This document shows, one piece after another, positions 25,401 to 34,237 of a stretch of 64,000 nucleotides of DNA. The notes under the pieces are model-generated. The model made no database searches, had not been told where the DNA came from, and saw only the letters and a list, made by a program, of their open reading frames with translations. Position 1 is the first letter of the stretch. Every line of letters starts with the position of its first letter. This DNA is from an uncultured Acetatifactor sp. (GTDB lineage: Bacteria; Bacillota; Clostridia; Lachnospirales; Lachnospiraceae), in assembly GCA_904501885.1 (NCBI GenBank), contig CAJGCP010000003.1:5182-69181 (forward strand). The letters are read 5' to 3'. The position numbers were made by a program, and so were the translations under genes.

Positions 25401-27656
25401 CAGGCATATATTCCTGTGAACCCTTCTGCAATATGGGCGCTTCGTTTCTGCTCTATCGCTGAGACTGAGGCAGTTGCAGATGCTACAATGTACATTGATA
25501 ACATCCAGATTTATCAGGAGGACGCCCCTGCTCCTACAGCATCTCCTGAACCCACTCCTGCACCCACCGCAGAACCTACCGCAGAGCCTACACCCGGCCC
25601 TACAGCAGATCCTCTGCCTGCAGGTTACATCATGAACGAGAGCTTCAATGCTCGTCCCGTTGGCACTATGTCCCATCAGATATCCGGTGATTACTGGACC
25701 GGTAAATGGGGCTTGAGCTACAATCACAATCAAGGTGTTGTTGTGGCAAAGGAAGGCGCTGACAACTGGTTAGAGCTGACTCCCTCCGTAACCGGTGCTG
25801 AACGCTATTATGATTCACCTTGGAATATCAGCATTGCAGAAGAGAAGTGGTTGGCACTTGGAAGTGCAGTGACAGAAGACAAGTACCTGGTATTTGAAGT
25901 TGACTTGAAGGTTGCAGGTGACGATGCGCTGCAGGGCGATGTGCTTATACGTATCGCAGGCGATGGTAATTATGCACTGACTAACTTTAAGTTGAGCACA
26001 GAGCGCATGGGACGTCATGTTAGTTCTGCGACTGTGACAGGATTGAGAGAGGACCTTAAGAATGCCTATACTCAGGGTGAGGTAGGAAAACTGAAATGGG
26101 TTCTCGACAGAGAAAACAAGACTTACACATGGTTCTGGAATGGTGTGTTGGTAGAGGAGAATGTAAAAGCTCAGTTCGGCGGAGAGACAGAGACTCCTGC
26201 ATTGAAGTACATTTTGATTTCCTTGCCTAAGCAGGAATTGGCAGAAGGTGTTGAAAGTGTTGATACCAAGCTCTATATTGACAATGTGAAGTTGTATGTA
26301 TCTGATGATAACCAGATACCTACTCCCGCACCCACACCGGAACCCACTCCCGCACCTACTTATACTCCTTATGTAATTGATACAGGATATGAAGAGTATG
26401 CGCTGGGAACTATGGCATATAAATTGACCGGTGATTACTGGAAATCCAGCTGGGCACTCAGCTATCACCATAATAGAGCAACAGTCATTGCAAAGAACAC
26501 CGTATTTGACGGCGCTGATGCAGATGATTATTGTATCGAAATGGGAGTTTCCACTAACTTAGATGTTGATGCAAATAGTGGAGTATCAAGACAATATGAC
26601 CTGCCTCTGCACATCACTCTCAATGAGGACAGACAGTTCTCTATGGGTAGTGCGGTAGAAAAGGAAAGATATGCTGTTGTAGAACTTGATGTTGCAATCA
26701 ATGGTGAAGACACTAAGACCACCGGCTACCAGATCCGTATGACCGGTAATGGAAACTATGCAATCACCAACTTCCAGTTGAACGACGATAGTTTGGAGAG
26801 ATTTGCAAGTTCTGCAGTAAAGAGCAAAGTGGCAGATTACACCAAGGGTGAGTTTGCACATTTGAAGTGGATCCTTGACAGAGAGACTAAGACATATGCT
26901 TATTTCTGGAATGGCGAGATGATTGAAGCCGGAATTACAAGTCAGTTCTCCGGTGAAGATCAGACTCCTGCATTCAAGTACATTAGAATCGCAGCAAACA
27001 AGGAAACTTTGGAAGAGGGTGCTACCGGCATCGATACTCACTTGTATATCGACAACCTGAAGGTATATGGTACAGATGAGCAGATTATGCCTACGCCGAT
27101 GCCCACTCCTGAACCTACTCCCGAACCTACAGCAGAGCCCACAGAAGAGCCTACCGTAGAACCTACTGCGGAGCCTACAGCAGAGCCTACTGCAGCACCC
27201 AACCCGGGTATTGGTGAGGAGTTGACCATCAATATTAATACCGCCGATGCAGAGGCACCTGCTACTATCACAGCACCCGAAGGTGGCTGGGTAGAGGGTG
27301 ACAACACCTTCACTGTAGCATGTGAGAAGGCTTGTTTCGTAGCAGTAAGTTACGACGGCGGACAGACTTACACTCGTCTGACTGCAACAACTGCTTCTGA
27401 AGGATATAGCTTTACTGCAACGAATATGACTGCAGATACAATTCTGTCAATTGGATATGTAGGTGACGTCAATGGAGATGGAACAGTTTCCAACTCTGAT
27501 GCCACCAGACTGGCAGCAATTTTCTCAAACAAAACATCTGCGTCCAACGCATTGATGGCATTGACATGCGATGTAAATAATGATACAGAGCTTACAAACT
27601 CTGACATTACAACATTGCGCGCTGCATATGCAGGTAAGAGAAAACTGAATTGGTAA
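22500..27656 (+). CDS. secreted 1718-aa protein: six ~230-250-aa lectin/LamG-like modules separated by Pro/Thr linkers, then the shared pre-dockerin domain + dockerin
   Basis: Signal peptide. Each module carries a GDYW motif near its N-terminus and ends in LY(I/V/L)DN(V/I/L)K(L/I/M/V)Y. PT linkers (PTPEPTPEPTPAPT etc.). Dockerin loops DVNGDGTVSNSD / DVNNDTELTNSD. Confidence 0.8.
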   Translation: MRKIFMLLMSVLLVAGLCTVPAQVTEASVIDNYIVDENFDAREIGTRSHQLSGDYWVGKWGLSYNHVQGVVAEKVTGDNWLEITPSVTGATYYFDAPWNINIAEEKQLALGSAVTEDKYLVFEVDLKIAGDDALQGDVAIRMGGVNNYAITNFKLGNGRMGRHVDSSTATGLREDNKNAYTQGETGSLKWVLDRETKKYTWFWNGELIEQNIRAQFPEEAQTPALKYIYISLPKQTLAEGQDSVDTKLYIDNVKLYATDDNQMPTPEPTPEPTPAPTYNPMSADITFDNFELGHAYIRSLKGDYWTGGLDCGNWIAHGVVVSKKDTIDATAAADDYCYEFKPDPVQTLNFRFTLDASRAYSMGEAVDAERYVVAEMDVAIGGEAYKTNGYGIFFGPGSNVSTTQLRLFNDKLGRIHTGSSGKYNEVAEYTAGEFAHLTWVLDREAKTYSYLLDGVVVETGIADLYKSATQFSQIHIRVYADAAAEGEDYIDSRLYLDNIKIYGVDENPVPTVAPTAEPTPAPTAEPTPAPTEAPVFEGTYINTGFEEFATGNMLHTLVGDYWKGGIGLSYCHSNGIVVSKQEAFDADAAANDYCLQFTPTTNLDERNYDVPFNMNVSDATLIPTLGVEGVEDRYVIVEMNVAVKGEDTKTNGYNIWVNSHDNIGILKLRLYDDSIVRQHNTSGADAFTESSRRAVPKGEMQHIKVVVDRETRAVTYFLNGELVEENIKALYTTSCKQVCGVRFQIFKETIEEGDTLDSKLYVDDVKMYLSNDNQMPTPAPTYNPMTFDNYQAGQEVAGTAGNGAQWTAAAAYAPAGVVVSKQDAGFKAAADDYCLAINAKDIELSKEGQYTFILDDTTTYAFDSTAEVATKNIVVEMDIAISGDKTSGFGIQIGNTQGNFARTTVFMLKDDLIGSNWSNSWTSGMRQSTTIAKDQFVHLKYVVPNNLLNNNASWYLDGELVTSVATTQAYIPVNPSAIWALRFCSIAETEAVADATMYIDNIQIYQEDAPAPTASPEPTPAPTAEPTAEPTPGPTADPLPAGYIMNESFNARPVGTMSHQISGDYWTGKWGLSYNHNQGVVVAKEGADNWLELTPSVTGAERYYDSPWNISIAEEKWLALGSAVTEDKYLVFEVDLKVAGDDALQGDVLIRIAGDGNYALTNFKLSTERMGRHVSSATVTGLREDLKNAYTQGEVGKLKWVLDRENKTYTWFWNGVLVEENVKAQFGGETETPALKYILISLPKQELAEGVESVDTKLYIDNVKLYVSDDNQIPTPAPTPEPTPAPTYTPYVIDTGYEEYALGTMAYKLTGDYWKSSWALSYHHNRATVIAKNTVFDGADADDYCIEMGVSTNLDVDANSGVSRQYDLPLHITLNEDRQFSMGSAVEKERYAVVELDVAINGEDTKTTGYQIRMTGNGNYAITNFQLNDDSLERFASSAVKSKVADYTKGEFAHLKWILDRETKTYAYFWNGEMIEAGITSQFSGEDQTPAFKYIRIAANKETLEEGATGIDTHLYIDNLKVYGTDEQIMPTPMPTPEPTPEPTAEPTEEPTVEPTAEPTAEPTAAPNPGIGEELTININTADAEAPATITAPEGGWVEGDNTFTVACEKACFVAVSYDGGQTYTRLTATTASEGYSFTATNMTADTILSIGYVGDVNGDGTVSNSDATRLAAIFSNKTSASNALMALTCDVNNDTELTNSDITTLRAAYAGKRKLNW
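22620..23300 (+). repeat. module-1 coding repeat (pairs with 25650-26330)
   Basis: TCCCATCAG..GGTAAATGGGGCTTGAGCTACAATCAC at 22641 versus 25671. The end motif is at 23241 versus 26271. The offset is exactly 3030 bp, in frame. Confidence 0.8.
25650..26330 (+). repeat. module-5 coding repeat (pairs with 22620-23300)
   Basis: See the paired feature. Proteins are roughly 80-85 percent identical by eye. Confidence 0.8.
27261..27656 (+). repeat. 396-bp C-terminal cassette, copy 2
   Basis: Pairs with 20427-20822. Confidence 0.85.
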
Positions 27657-27669
27657 TATGAAGCGTTAG

Positions 27670-27708
27670 ACCGCTCGCCTTGGAAACAAGGCGGGCGGTT
27701 TTTATTTT
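27670..27708 (+). terminator. Rho-independent terminator
   Basis: ACCGCTCGCCTTG-GAAA-CAAGGCGGGCGGT, then TTTTTATTTT. Confidence 0.85.
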
Positions 27709-27731
27709 CCTTAAAACAATACAAAAAAGGA

Positions 27732-27760
27732 TTGCAAATCGTCTTCAAAATAAGTACAAT
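27732..27760 (+). promoter_or_regulatory. promoter TTGCAA-17-TACAAT upstream of adk
   Basis: -35 at 27732-27737 and -10 at 27755-27760. Confidence 0.55.
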
Positions 27761-27821
27761 GAACTTAAGTATGCTTTAAAATATATGGAGCGTTGTCCTC
27801 AGGGACAAAGAAGGAGTGACT

Positions 27822-28463
27822 ATGAAGGTTGTTATGTTGGGAGCACCCGGTGCCGGTAAGGGTACCCAGGCCAAAATGATTGCAGAGAAATACGGACTTC
27901 CCCACATTTCCACGGGAGATATTTTCCGTGCGAATATCAAGGGTGGTACAGCCCTTGGTGTGGAAGCAAAGAAATATATTGACGCAGGTCAGTTGGTTCC
28001 CGATGAACTGACTGTGAAGATTTTGCTGGACAGAGTATCCCAGCCCGATTGCGAAAAGGGATATGTGCTGGACGGCTATCCCAGAACCATTCCCCAGGCG
28101 GAGGTTTTGGAGAAGGCATTGCAGGAGAGAAACGAGCAGGTGGACTTCGCTATTGATGTGAATGTGGCAGATGAAAATATCGTCAACAGAATGTCCGGCA
28201 GAAGAGCTTGCCTGAAATGTGGAGGTACCTATCATCTGGTGCATATTCCGCCCAAGGTAGAGGGGATTTGTGATGCTTGTGGCAGCGAGTTGATATTGCG
28301 CGATGATGATAAGCCTGAGACTGTGTTGAAGCGTTTAAATGTATACCATGAGCAGACCCAGCCCCTGATTGATTTTTATCAGGCAAGAGGTGTGCTTCGC
28401 ACTGTGGATGGTGCAAAGGATAAAAACGAAGTCTTTGCGGATATCGTAGCAATTCTTGGATAA
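27822..28463 (+). CDS. adk: adenylate kinase
   Basis: MKVVMLGAPGAGKGTQA P-loop. Zinc lid CLKCG..CDACG. ATG 27822 lies 5 nt after AAGGAG. Confidence 0.95.
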   Translation: MKVVMLGAPGAGKGTQAKMIAEKYGLPHISTGDIFRANIKGGTALGVEAKKYIDAGQLVPDELTVKILLDRVSQPDCEKGYVLDGYPRTIPQAEVLEKALQERNEQVDFAIDVNVADENIVNRMSGRRACLKCGGTYHLVHIPPKVEGICDACGSELILRDDDKPETVLKRLNVYHEQTQPLIDFYQARGVLRTVDGAKDKNEVFADIVAILG

Positions 28464-28478
28464 GGATGGCATATAGTT

Positions 28479-29231
28479 ATGGCTATTATCATAAAGAATG
28501 AGCAGGAAATCGCATTGATGCGGGAGTCCTGCAGATTGCTTTCCCAAGTGCATAAAGAGATGGAACAATTTGTTCGCCCCGGGATTTCCACCAAGGAAAT
28601 CGATATTATGTGCGACACCCTGATTCGCAAAATGGGTTGCATTCCCAACTTCAAGAACTATCATGGATATCCTGCCAGTGTGTGCGTGTCCGTGAATGAT
28701 GAGGTGGTACACGGCATCCCTACCAAGCACCGTGTGTTGCAGGAGGGGGATATTGTCAGCCTGGATATGGGTCTGATTTATAAAGGGTATCATTCCGATG
28801 CTGCCAGGACCTTGCCGGTGGGAAAAATTACTTCTGAAGCAAAGCAGCTGATTGAGGTGACGAAGCAGAGCTTCTTCGAAGGTATAAAAATGGCAAAAGA
28901 AGGAAATCATCTACATGATATTTCCAATGCCATTGCGGCGTATGTAAAACCCTATGGGTATGGTATTGTCAGAGACCTGGTGGGTCACGGGATCGGCACC
29001 AGCCTGCACGAGGATCCTCAGATACCTAATTTTCAGCAGATTAAGCGAGGTCCCAAACTTCGTGCCGGTATGACTCTGGCCATCGAGCCCATGATTAATA
29101 TGGGACGGGCGGATGTAGAGTGGTTGGATGATGGTTGGACGGTGGTGACAGCGGATGGTTCCCTGTCAGCCCATTATGAGAACACCATCCTGATTACTGA
29201 CGGCGAGCCTGAGATTCTGACTCTTTCATAA
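28479..29231 (+). CDS. map: type I methionine aminopeptidase
   Basis: 250 aa. DIVSLDMG, GHGIG and AIEPM motifs. Conserved position after adk. Confidence 0.95.
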   Translation: MAIIIKNEQEIALMRESCRLLSQVHKEMEQFVRPGISTKEIDIMCDTLIRKMGCIPNFKNYHGYPASVCVSVNDEVVHGIPTKHRVLQEGDIVSLDMGLIYKGYHSDAARTLPVGKITSEAKQLIEVTKQSFFEGIKMAKEGNHLHDISNAIAAYVKPYGYGIVRDLVGHGIGTSLHEDPQIPNFQQIKRGPKLRAGMTLAIEPMINMGRADVEWLDDGWTVVTADGSLSAHYENTILITDGEPEILTLS

Positions 29232-29249
29232 GAAAAGGAGTGACAGGAT

Positions 29250-29516
29250 ATGGTAGGACAGTTCGTGAAGGCTAAAGCGGGTCATGATAAGGACACGCTG
29301 TATGTCGTGGTTCGGGAAGAGGGCCGGTTTGTGTATCTGTGCGACGGTAAGACAAAGACGCCGGAAAAAAGCAAGAAGAAAAGCAGGAAACACATTCAAC
29401 CTATTGATGTATTTGTGCCCGTTGAGTTGATAGAGAAAATCAAACAAGGCAGCAAGGTGTATCCGGAGGAAATCAAATACGAAATCAAAAAGTATTTGGC
29501 AACCGAAGGAAAATAA
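29250..29516 (+). CDS. KOW-domain small RNA-binding protein (YbzG-like)
   Basis: 88 aa. GQFVKAKAGHDKDTLYVVV is KOW-like. It occupies the map-infA slot, as B. subtilis ybzG does. Confidence 0.7.
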   Translation: MVGQFVKAKAGHDKDTLYVVVREEGRFVYLCDGKTKTPEKSKKKSRKHIQPIDVFVPVELIEKIKQGSKVYPEEIKYEIKKYLATEGK

Positions 29517-29581
29517 TAGGATAGAGATTTAATAAACAAGAACCCGATAAAATAATATCACAATGAATAATGGAGGATTTT

Positions 29582-29800
29582 ATGGGAAAGAGTGATGTAA
29601 TTGAAATTGAAGGAACAGTAATCGAGAAGTTGCCCAACACCATGTTTCAGGTAGAGTTGGAAAACGGACACAAAGTATTGGCACACATCAGCGGTAAGCT
29701 TCGCCAGAACTTCATTCGTATCTTGCCCGGTGATAAGGTGACTTTGGAACTTTCCCCCTATGACTTGAGCAAGGGACGCATCATCTGGAGAGACAAATAA
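29582..29800 (+). CDS. infA: translation initiation factor IF-1
   Basis: [50 protein letters not shown] follows GGAGGA. Confidence 0.95.
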   Translation: MGKSDVIEIEGTVIEKLPNTMFQVELENGHKVLAHISGKLRQNFIRILPGDKVTLELSPYDLSKGRIIWRDK

Positions 29801-31105
29801 ATGAAGGCACAAATCCTCAAATGGATTCGAAATGCATTTGTGTTGGTGCTTGGCAGCGCGCTGGTTGGCATTTTGCTGCTGACCCTTGTCTTTGCTCTGC
29901 CGGCGGAGCCTGTGAGAAACCATGTGCTATCCGATGTCCCGGTGATGATGAGTGAGGAATTACCGGAGGGAGACTTCCTTCAGTATGTTTTTAAACACAA
30001 GGAATCCTTCACGGATGCCATCATGGTACAGAATGCACTGGAAGATATCGAGGGAAAATCTGCTTACGAGCATGCCGTATGGGCATATCACAGAGATTTG
30101 GGCGACGAGGTGGTTTGGCAGGCGCTGGACACCCTGAAGGCATTGGGAGAGGGAGCGGATGCTTCCGAAATGTATCTGCGTACCTATGCCAGATATTGGC
30201 ACGGATACCTGATGTACCTCAAACCTTTGCTTACCATTTTCTCTTGGCAGACCACTGTTTACATAGGAATTGCGCTGCAGCTGCTCTTGTTAGTGGCAGT
30301 GATTTGGCTGGCAGTGAAAAAGAAGACGATAGCAGTCCCCATTGCATTGGCTGTGGGAATGTTGTTTATGAAACCAGTGCTGATGCATGTATCCCTGACC
30401 ATGTCGGTGTGCTGGGTGATTACATTGGTGGCGCTCCTGATACAGATGTGGAAACACAAGTGGCTTGCAGAGAAACAACTCTATGGCGAATTTTTCTTGT
30501 GTGTAGGTATTGCTACAGCATATTTTGATTTCCTGACCTATCCGCTGGTTACTTTAGGCGTACCTCTCTGTGTTTATTTCCTCATGTCAGAAGAAAATAA
30601 CTTGGGAAAAAGGATTAGCCATCTGGCAATCAACACCATTGGTTGGGGGATTGGATACATAGGCATGTGGGCCATGAAGTGGATTATTTCCGATGTGACA
30701 TTGCAGACCGGCACCATAAGAGATGCGGTATGGAATGTCATCGGACGGACGGAAGCCATTGGCGGAAGACCCCGCTTCAACGGTGCATTTTATGTTATGG
30801 GCATCAATTTGCAGGAGTACTTTCTTCCTATATATAGTATAGTAGCAATTGCGTTGGCAGTAGTGGTAGTGGCGTTGGTTGTGCTCACGGCACGGAAGGG
30901 TGGCGTGAAGCCGACAATTTCTATTTTGATTCCCTACCTGCTGATTGCCCTCAGTCCCTTTGTTTGGATTACGGTGGTGCAACATCACTGTGCGCTGCAC
31001 GCCAGATTCACATTCCGTATCATTGCCTTGACCGCCATGGCATTTGCATGCATCGGTGTGGAGTGTGTCAGAGTGTTAAGGAACACAGACAGCCCAAGTG
31101 AGTAA
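29801..31105 (+). CDS. polytopic membrane protein of unknown function (434 aa, ~10 TM)
   Basis: The ATG directly abuts the infA stop (TAAATG). Many hydrophobic helices. A large first outside loop rich in D/E. No assignable family. Confidence 0.6.
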   Translation: MKAQILKWIRNAFVLVLGSALVGILLLTLVFALPAEPVRNHVLSDVPVMMSEELPEGDFLQYVFKHKESFTDAIMVQNALEDIEGKSAYEHAVWAYHRDLGDEVVWQALDTLKALGEGADASEMYLRTYARYWHGYLMYLKPLLTIFSWQTTVYIGIALQLLLLVAVIWLAVKKKTIAVPIALAVGMLFMKPVLMHVSLTMSVCWVITLVALLIQMWKHKWLAEKQLYGEFFLCVGIATAYFDFLTYPLVTLGVPLCVYFLMSEENNLGKRISHLAINTIGWGIGYIGMWAMKWIISDVTLQTGTIRDAVWNVIGRTEAIGGRPRFNGAFYVMGINLQEYFLPIYSIVAIALAVVVVALVVLTARKGGVKPTISILIPYLLIALSPFVWITVVQHHCALHARFTFRIIALTAMAFACIGVECVRVLRNTDSPSE

Positions 31106-31148
31106 AAAATCAAAAAAAGGGTACTAAAAAAATAATGAAAAATAGGGG

Positions 31149-31177
31149 TTGCCAATAGGAAAGCCCTATGATATAAT
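31149..31177 (+). promoter_or_regulatory. promoter TTGCCA-17-TATAAT upstream of rpmJ
   Basis: -35 at 31149-31154 and -10 at 31172-31177. Confidence 0.6.
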
Positions 31178-31211
31178 TTAAAACGGTCTTTTTTGAAAGG
31201 AGGGTTTTAAC

Positions 31212-31325
31212 GTGAAGGTTAGATCATCAGTAAAACCAATTTGCGAGAAATGCAAAATCATCAAGAGAAAAGGACGCATCAGAGTAATCTGCGAGAATCC
31301 GAAGCACAAACAGAGACAGGGATAA
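31212..31325 (+). CDS. rpmJ: 50S ribosomal protein L36 (not in the supplied ORF track)
   Basis: GTG start after AAGGAGGG. Translation [37 protein letters not shown], 37 aa. Confidence 0.95.
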   Translation: MKVRSSVKPICEKCKIIKRKGRIRVICENPKHKQRQG

Positions 31326-31633
31326 TCACCGCTTGACACAGTGGAAACTGTGGAAAGGTAGTGAGTTCTTGTCCGGTTTTTATGTGCGGCTGACAGTGCG
31401 AAAGCACTGATTATCATAAAACACAGGATAGAGCTTACCGGAGATTACTTCTTGATACTGCGTGTATTCAGACGACGTAGATGGATCGGATGAATGTGTC
31501 CGATTGGGTGAAAACCCCAATCAATTAGTAACAAATGGCGCAAACAATAACAGACCAAGAAGCGCCAAACACCGCTTAGGCGGAAACAATTCATAGCACC
31601 ATAGTCAGGTGCAGAAAAATGGAGGAAACGTAA
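31326..31633 (+). promoter_or_regulatory. unusually long (308 nt), hairpin-rich rpmJ-rpsM spacer; possible ribosomal-protein leader
   Basis: Local hairpins CACAGTG-GAAA-CTGTG, CAGTGC-GAAA-GCACTG, ATCGGA..TCCGAT, TTGGG..CCCAA, GGCGC..GCGCC and CCGC-TTAG-GCGG. No ORF. Confidence 0.35.
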
Positions 31634-32005
31634 ATGGCTCGTATCGCAGGTGTTGACTTACCTAGAGAGAAACGAATTGAAATCGGTTTGACCTATGTCT
31701 ATGGAATCGGCAGAGCGACTGCAAACAAGATTTTGGCAGAAGCAGGTGTAAATCCCGATACCAGAGTAAGAGACATTACCGACGATGAAACAAAGAAGAT
31801 TGCAGACGCTATTGAAAAGTTGGGCGTTATGGTGGAAGGTGACTTGAGACGTGAAGTTGCTTTGAACATCAAGACCCTTCAGGAAATCGGTTGCTATCGT
31901 GGTATCCGTCATCGTAAAGGTCTTCCCGTTCGTGGTCAGAATACCAAGAACAATGCTAGAACCCGTAAGGGTCCTAAGAGAACCGTTGCTAATAAGAAGA
32001 AGTAA
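31634..32005 (+). CDS. rpsM: 30S ribosomal protein S13
   Basis: [15 protein letters not shown]-terminus, 123 aa. Confidence 0.97.
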   Translation: MARIAGVDLPREKRIEIGLTYVYGIGRATANKILAEAGVNPDTRVRDITDDETKKIADAIEKLGVMVEGDLRREVALNIKTLQEIGCYRGIRHRKGLPVRGQNTKNNARTRKGPKRTVANKKK

Positions 32006-32057
32006 GCAAGCGGCTAAGTAACTGTAAACAAAAATGAGAAAGTAGGTTAGTTTAAAA

Positions 32058-32453
32058 ATGGCTAAACAAGTTGCAAAAAAAGTAACAAAAAAGCGCGTTA
32101 AGAAAAACGTTGAACGCGGACAGGCACATATCCAGTCTTCCTTTAACAATACAATTGTTACATTGACTGACGCTGAGGGTAACGCTCTTAGCTGGGCAAG
32201 TGCCGGCGGTCTGGGATTTAGAGGTTCAAGGAAATCTACTCCATATGCTGCACAGATGGCAGCTGAAACAGCTACAAAGGCTGCTTTGGTACATGGATTG
32301 AAGACCGTAGACGTATTTGTAAAGGGTCCTGGTTCAGGACGTGAAGCTGCAATCAGAGCATTGGCAGCATGTGGTTTGGAGGTATTAAGTATCCGTGACG
32401 TAACTCCCGTTCCTCACAATGGATGCCGTCCCCCCAAGAGACGTAGAGTTTAG
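32058..32453 (+). CDS. rpsK: 30S ribosomal protein S11
   Basis: Conserved [25 protein letters not shown] pattern, 131 aa. Confidence 0.97.
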   Translation: MAKQVAKKVTKKRVKKNVERGQAHIQSSFNNTIVTLTDAEGNALSWASAGGLGFRGSRKSTPYAAQMAAETATKAALVHGLKTVDVFVKGPGSGREAAIRALAACGLEVLSIRDVTPVPHNGCRPPKRRRV

Positions 32454-32518
32454 TAACAAACTAGGTTGGAAGAAGGTAGCATAGGCTACTGTAAACATCA
32501 TTTAAAGGAGAAAATAAA

Positions 32519-33112
32519 ATGGCAGTAAATCGCGTACCAGTATTAAAGAGATGTAGATCTTTGGGCTTGGAGCCTTCCTATTTGGGATATGACAAGAAGT
32601 CCAACAGACAGAACGCAAGAGCAGGCAAGAAAGTAAGTGAGTACGGCTTGCAGCTTCGCGAAAAGCAGAAAGCAAAATTCATCTATGGCGTTCTGGAGAA
32701 GCCTTTCAGAAACTATTATGAGAAGGCTGATAGAATGAAAGGAATGACCGGTGAAAACCTGATGGTTATGCTGGAGAGCAGACTTGACAGCGTTATCTTC
32801 AGAATGGGATTCGCAAGAACCAGAAGAGAAGCAAGACAGGTTGTAGGTCACAAGCATGTGTTGGTGAACGGCAAGTGCGTAAACATTCCTTCTTACCTTA
32901 TCAAGGCTGGAGATGTAATCGAAATCAGCGAGAAGGCAAAATCTTTGCAGAGATATAAGGACATCGTAGAGGTTACCGGCGGTAGATTGGTACCTGAGTG
33001 GATGGATGTTGATACTGATAACCTGAAGGGTAGCATCAAGAATCTTCCTACTCGTGAGATGATTGACGTTCCTGTAGATGAGATGCTTATCGTCGAGTTG
33101 TACTCCAAATAA
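32519..33112 (+). CDS. rpsD: 30S ribosomal protein S4
   Basis: 197 aa with an S4 RNA-binding domain (RLDSVIFRMGFARTRREARQ.V.H.H..VNG). Confidence 0.95.
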   Translation: MAVNRVPVLKRCRSLGLEPSYLGYDKKSNRQNARAGKKVSEYGLQLREKQKAKFIYGVLEKPFRNYYEKADRMKGMTGENLMVMLESRLDSVIFRMGFARTRREARQVVGHKHVLVNGKCVNIPSYLIKAGDVIEISEKAKSLQRYKDIVEVTGGRLVPEWMDVDTDNLKGSIKNLPTREMIDVPVDEMLIVELYSK

Positions 33113-33144
33113 GCCGTAGTGCATTCTAAAAGGAGGGTGTTCAA

Positions 33145-34101
33145 GTGTTTGATTTCGAAAGACCTAATATCAAGGTTGTTGAAATTTCAGAAGACAAGAA
33201 GTTTGGCCGTTTCGTAGCAGAGCCTTTGGAAAGAGGCTATGGTATTACCCTTGGTAATTCCTTGAGAAGAATTATGCTTTCTTCCCTGCCCGGAGCAGCA
33301 GTAAGCCAGGTGAAGATTGAAGGCGTTCAGCACGAATTCAGTTCTATCCCCGGTGTAAAAGAAGACGTTACTGAAATTATTATGAACATAAAGAGTCTTG
33401 CTATGAAAAACTCCAGCGAGACCAACGAACCTAAGACCGCTTACATTGAGTTTGAGGGCGAAGGCGTAGTGCGTGCATCCGACATTCAGGCAGATTCCGA
33501 TATCGAGATTCTGAATCCTGATTTGGTAATTGCTACCCTGAGTGGCAAGAACACCAAGCTCTTTATGGAGCTGACCATTACCAAGGGTCGTGGATATGCA
33601 AGCGCAGACAAGAATAAGCATGACGATCTGCCCATCGGCGTGATCGCTGTTGACTCCATCTACACACCCGTAGAGAGAGTAAATGTAATGGTAGATGATA
33701 CTCGTGTTGGTCAGGTTACCGACTTCGATAAGTTGACCTTGGATGTATTTACCAATGGCACCTTGATGCCCGAAGAAGCTGTCAGCCTGGCTGCAAAGGT
33801 TCTGAGCGAGCATCTGAGCCTGTTCATCGACCTGTCCGAAAATGCTAAGACCGCAGAGGTTATGGTAGAGAAGGAAGACGATGAGAGAGAGAAAGTTCTT
33901 GAGATGAGCATTGACGAATTAGAGTTGTCTGTTCGTTCTTACAACTGCTTGAAGAGAGCCGGTATCAACACAGTAGAAGAACTGTGCAACAAGACTCCTG
34001 AAGACATGATGAAGGTTCGTAACTTGGGCCGCAAGTCTTTGGAAGAAGTTTTGGCTAAATTGAAAGAGTTGGGTCTTCAGTTGAATCCCAACGAGGAATA
34101 A
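33145..34101 (+). CDS. rpoA: DNA-directed RNA polymerase subunit alpha
   Basis: GTG start after [23 protein letters not shown], and C-terminal domain [16 protein letters not shown]. Confidence 0.97.
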   Translation: MFDFERPNIKVVEISEDKKFGRFVAEPLERGYGITLGNSLRRIMLSSLPGAAVSQVKIEGVQHEFSSIPGVKEDVTEIIMNIKSLAMKNSSETNEPKTAYIEFEGEGVVRASDIQADSDIEILNPDLVIATLSGKNTKLFMELTITKGRGYASADKNKHDDLPIGVIAVDSIYTPVERVNVMVDDTRVGQVTDFDKLTLDVFTNGTLMPEEAVSLAAKVLSEHLSLFIDLSENAKTAEVMVEKEDDEREKVLEMSIDELELSVRSYNCLKRAGINTVEELCNKTPEDMMKVRNLGRKSLEEVLAKLKELGLQLNPNEE

Positions 34102-34237
34102 TTTGTGAGTCTACCATGGCCGGTAATACCGATGAGTTCGGTTGTGGTTTATCTCTATATGGAAACGAATAATGCATTCGGTAAGTAAGTCCAAAGAGCG
34201 TGGCCGGATGTACCATGTTTGGAGAAAGGAAAGAATT

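Noticed and set aside
34102-34237. 136-nt rpoA-rplQ spacer as a possible L17 leader.
   Set aside because: I could not find a convincing stem structure by eye, so I leave it uncalled.
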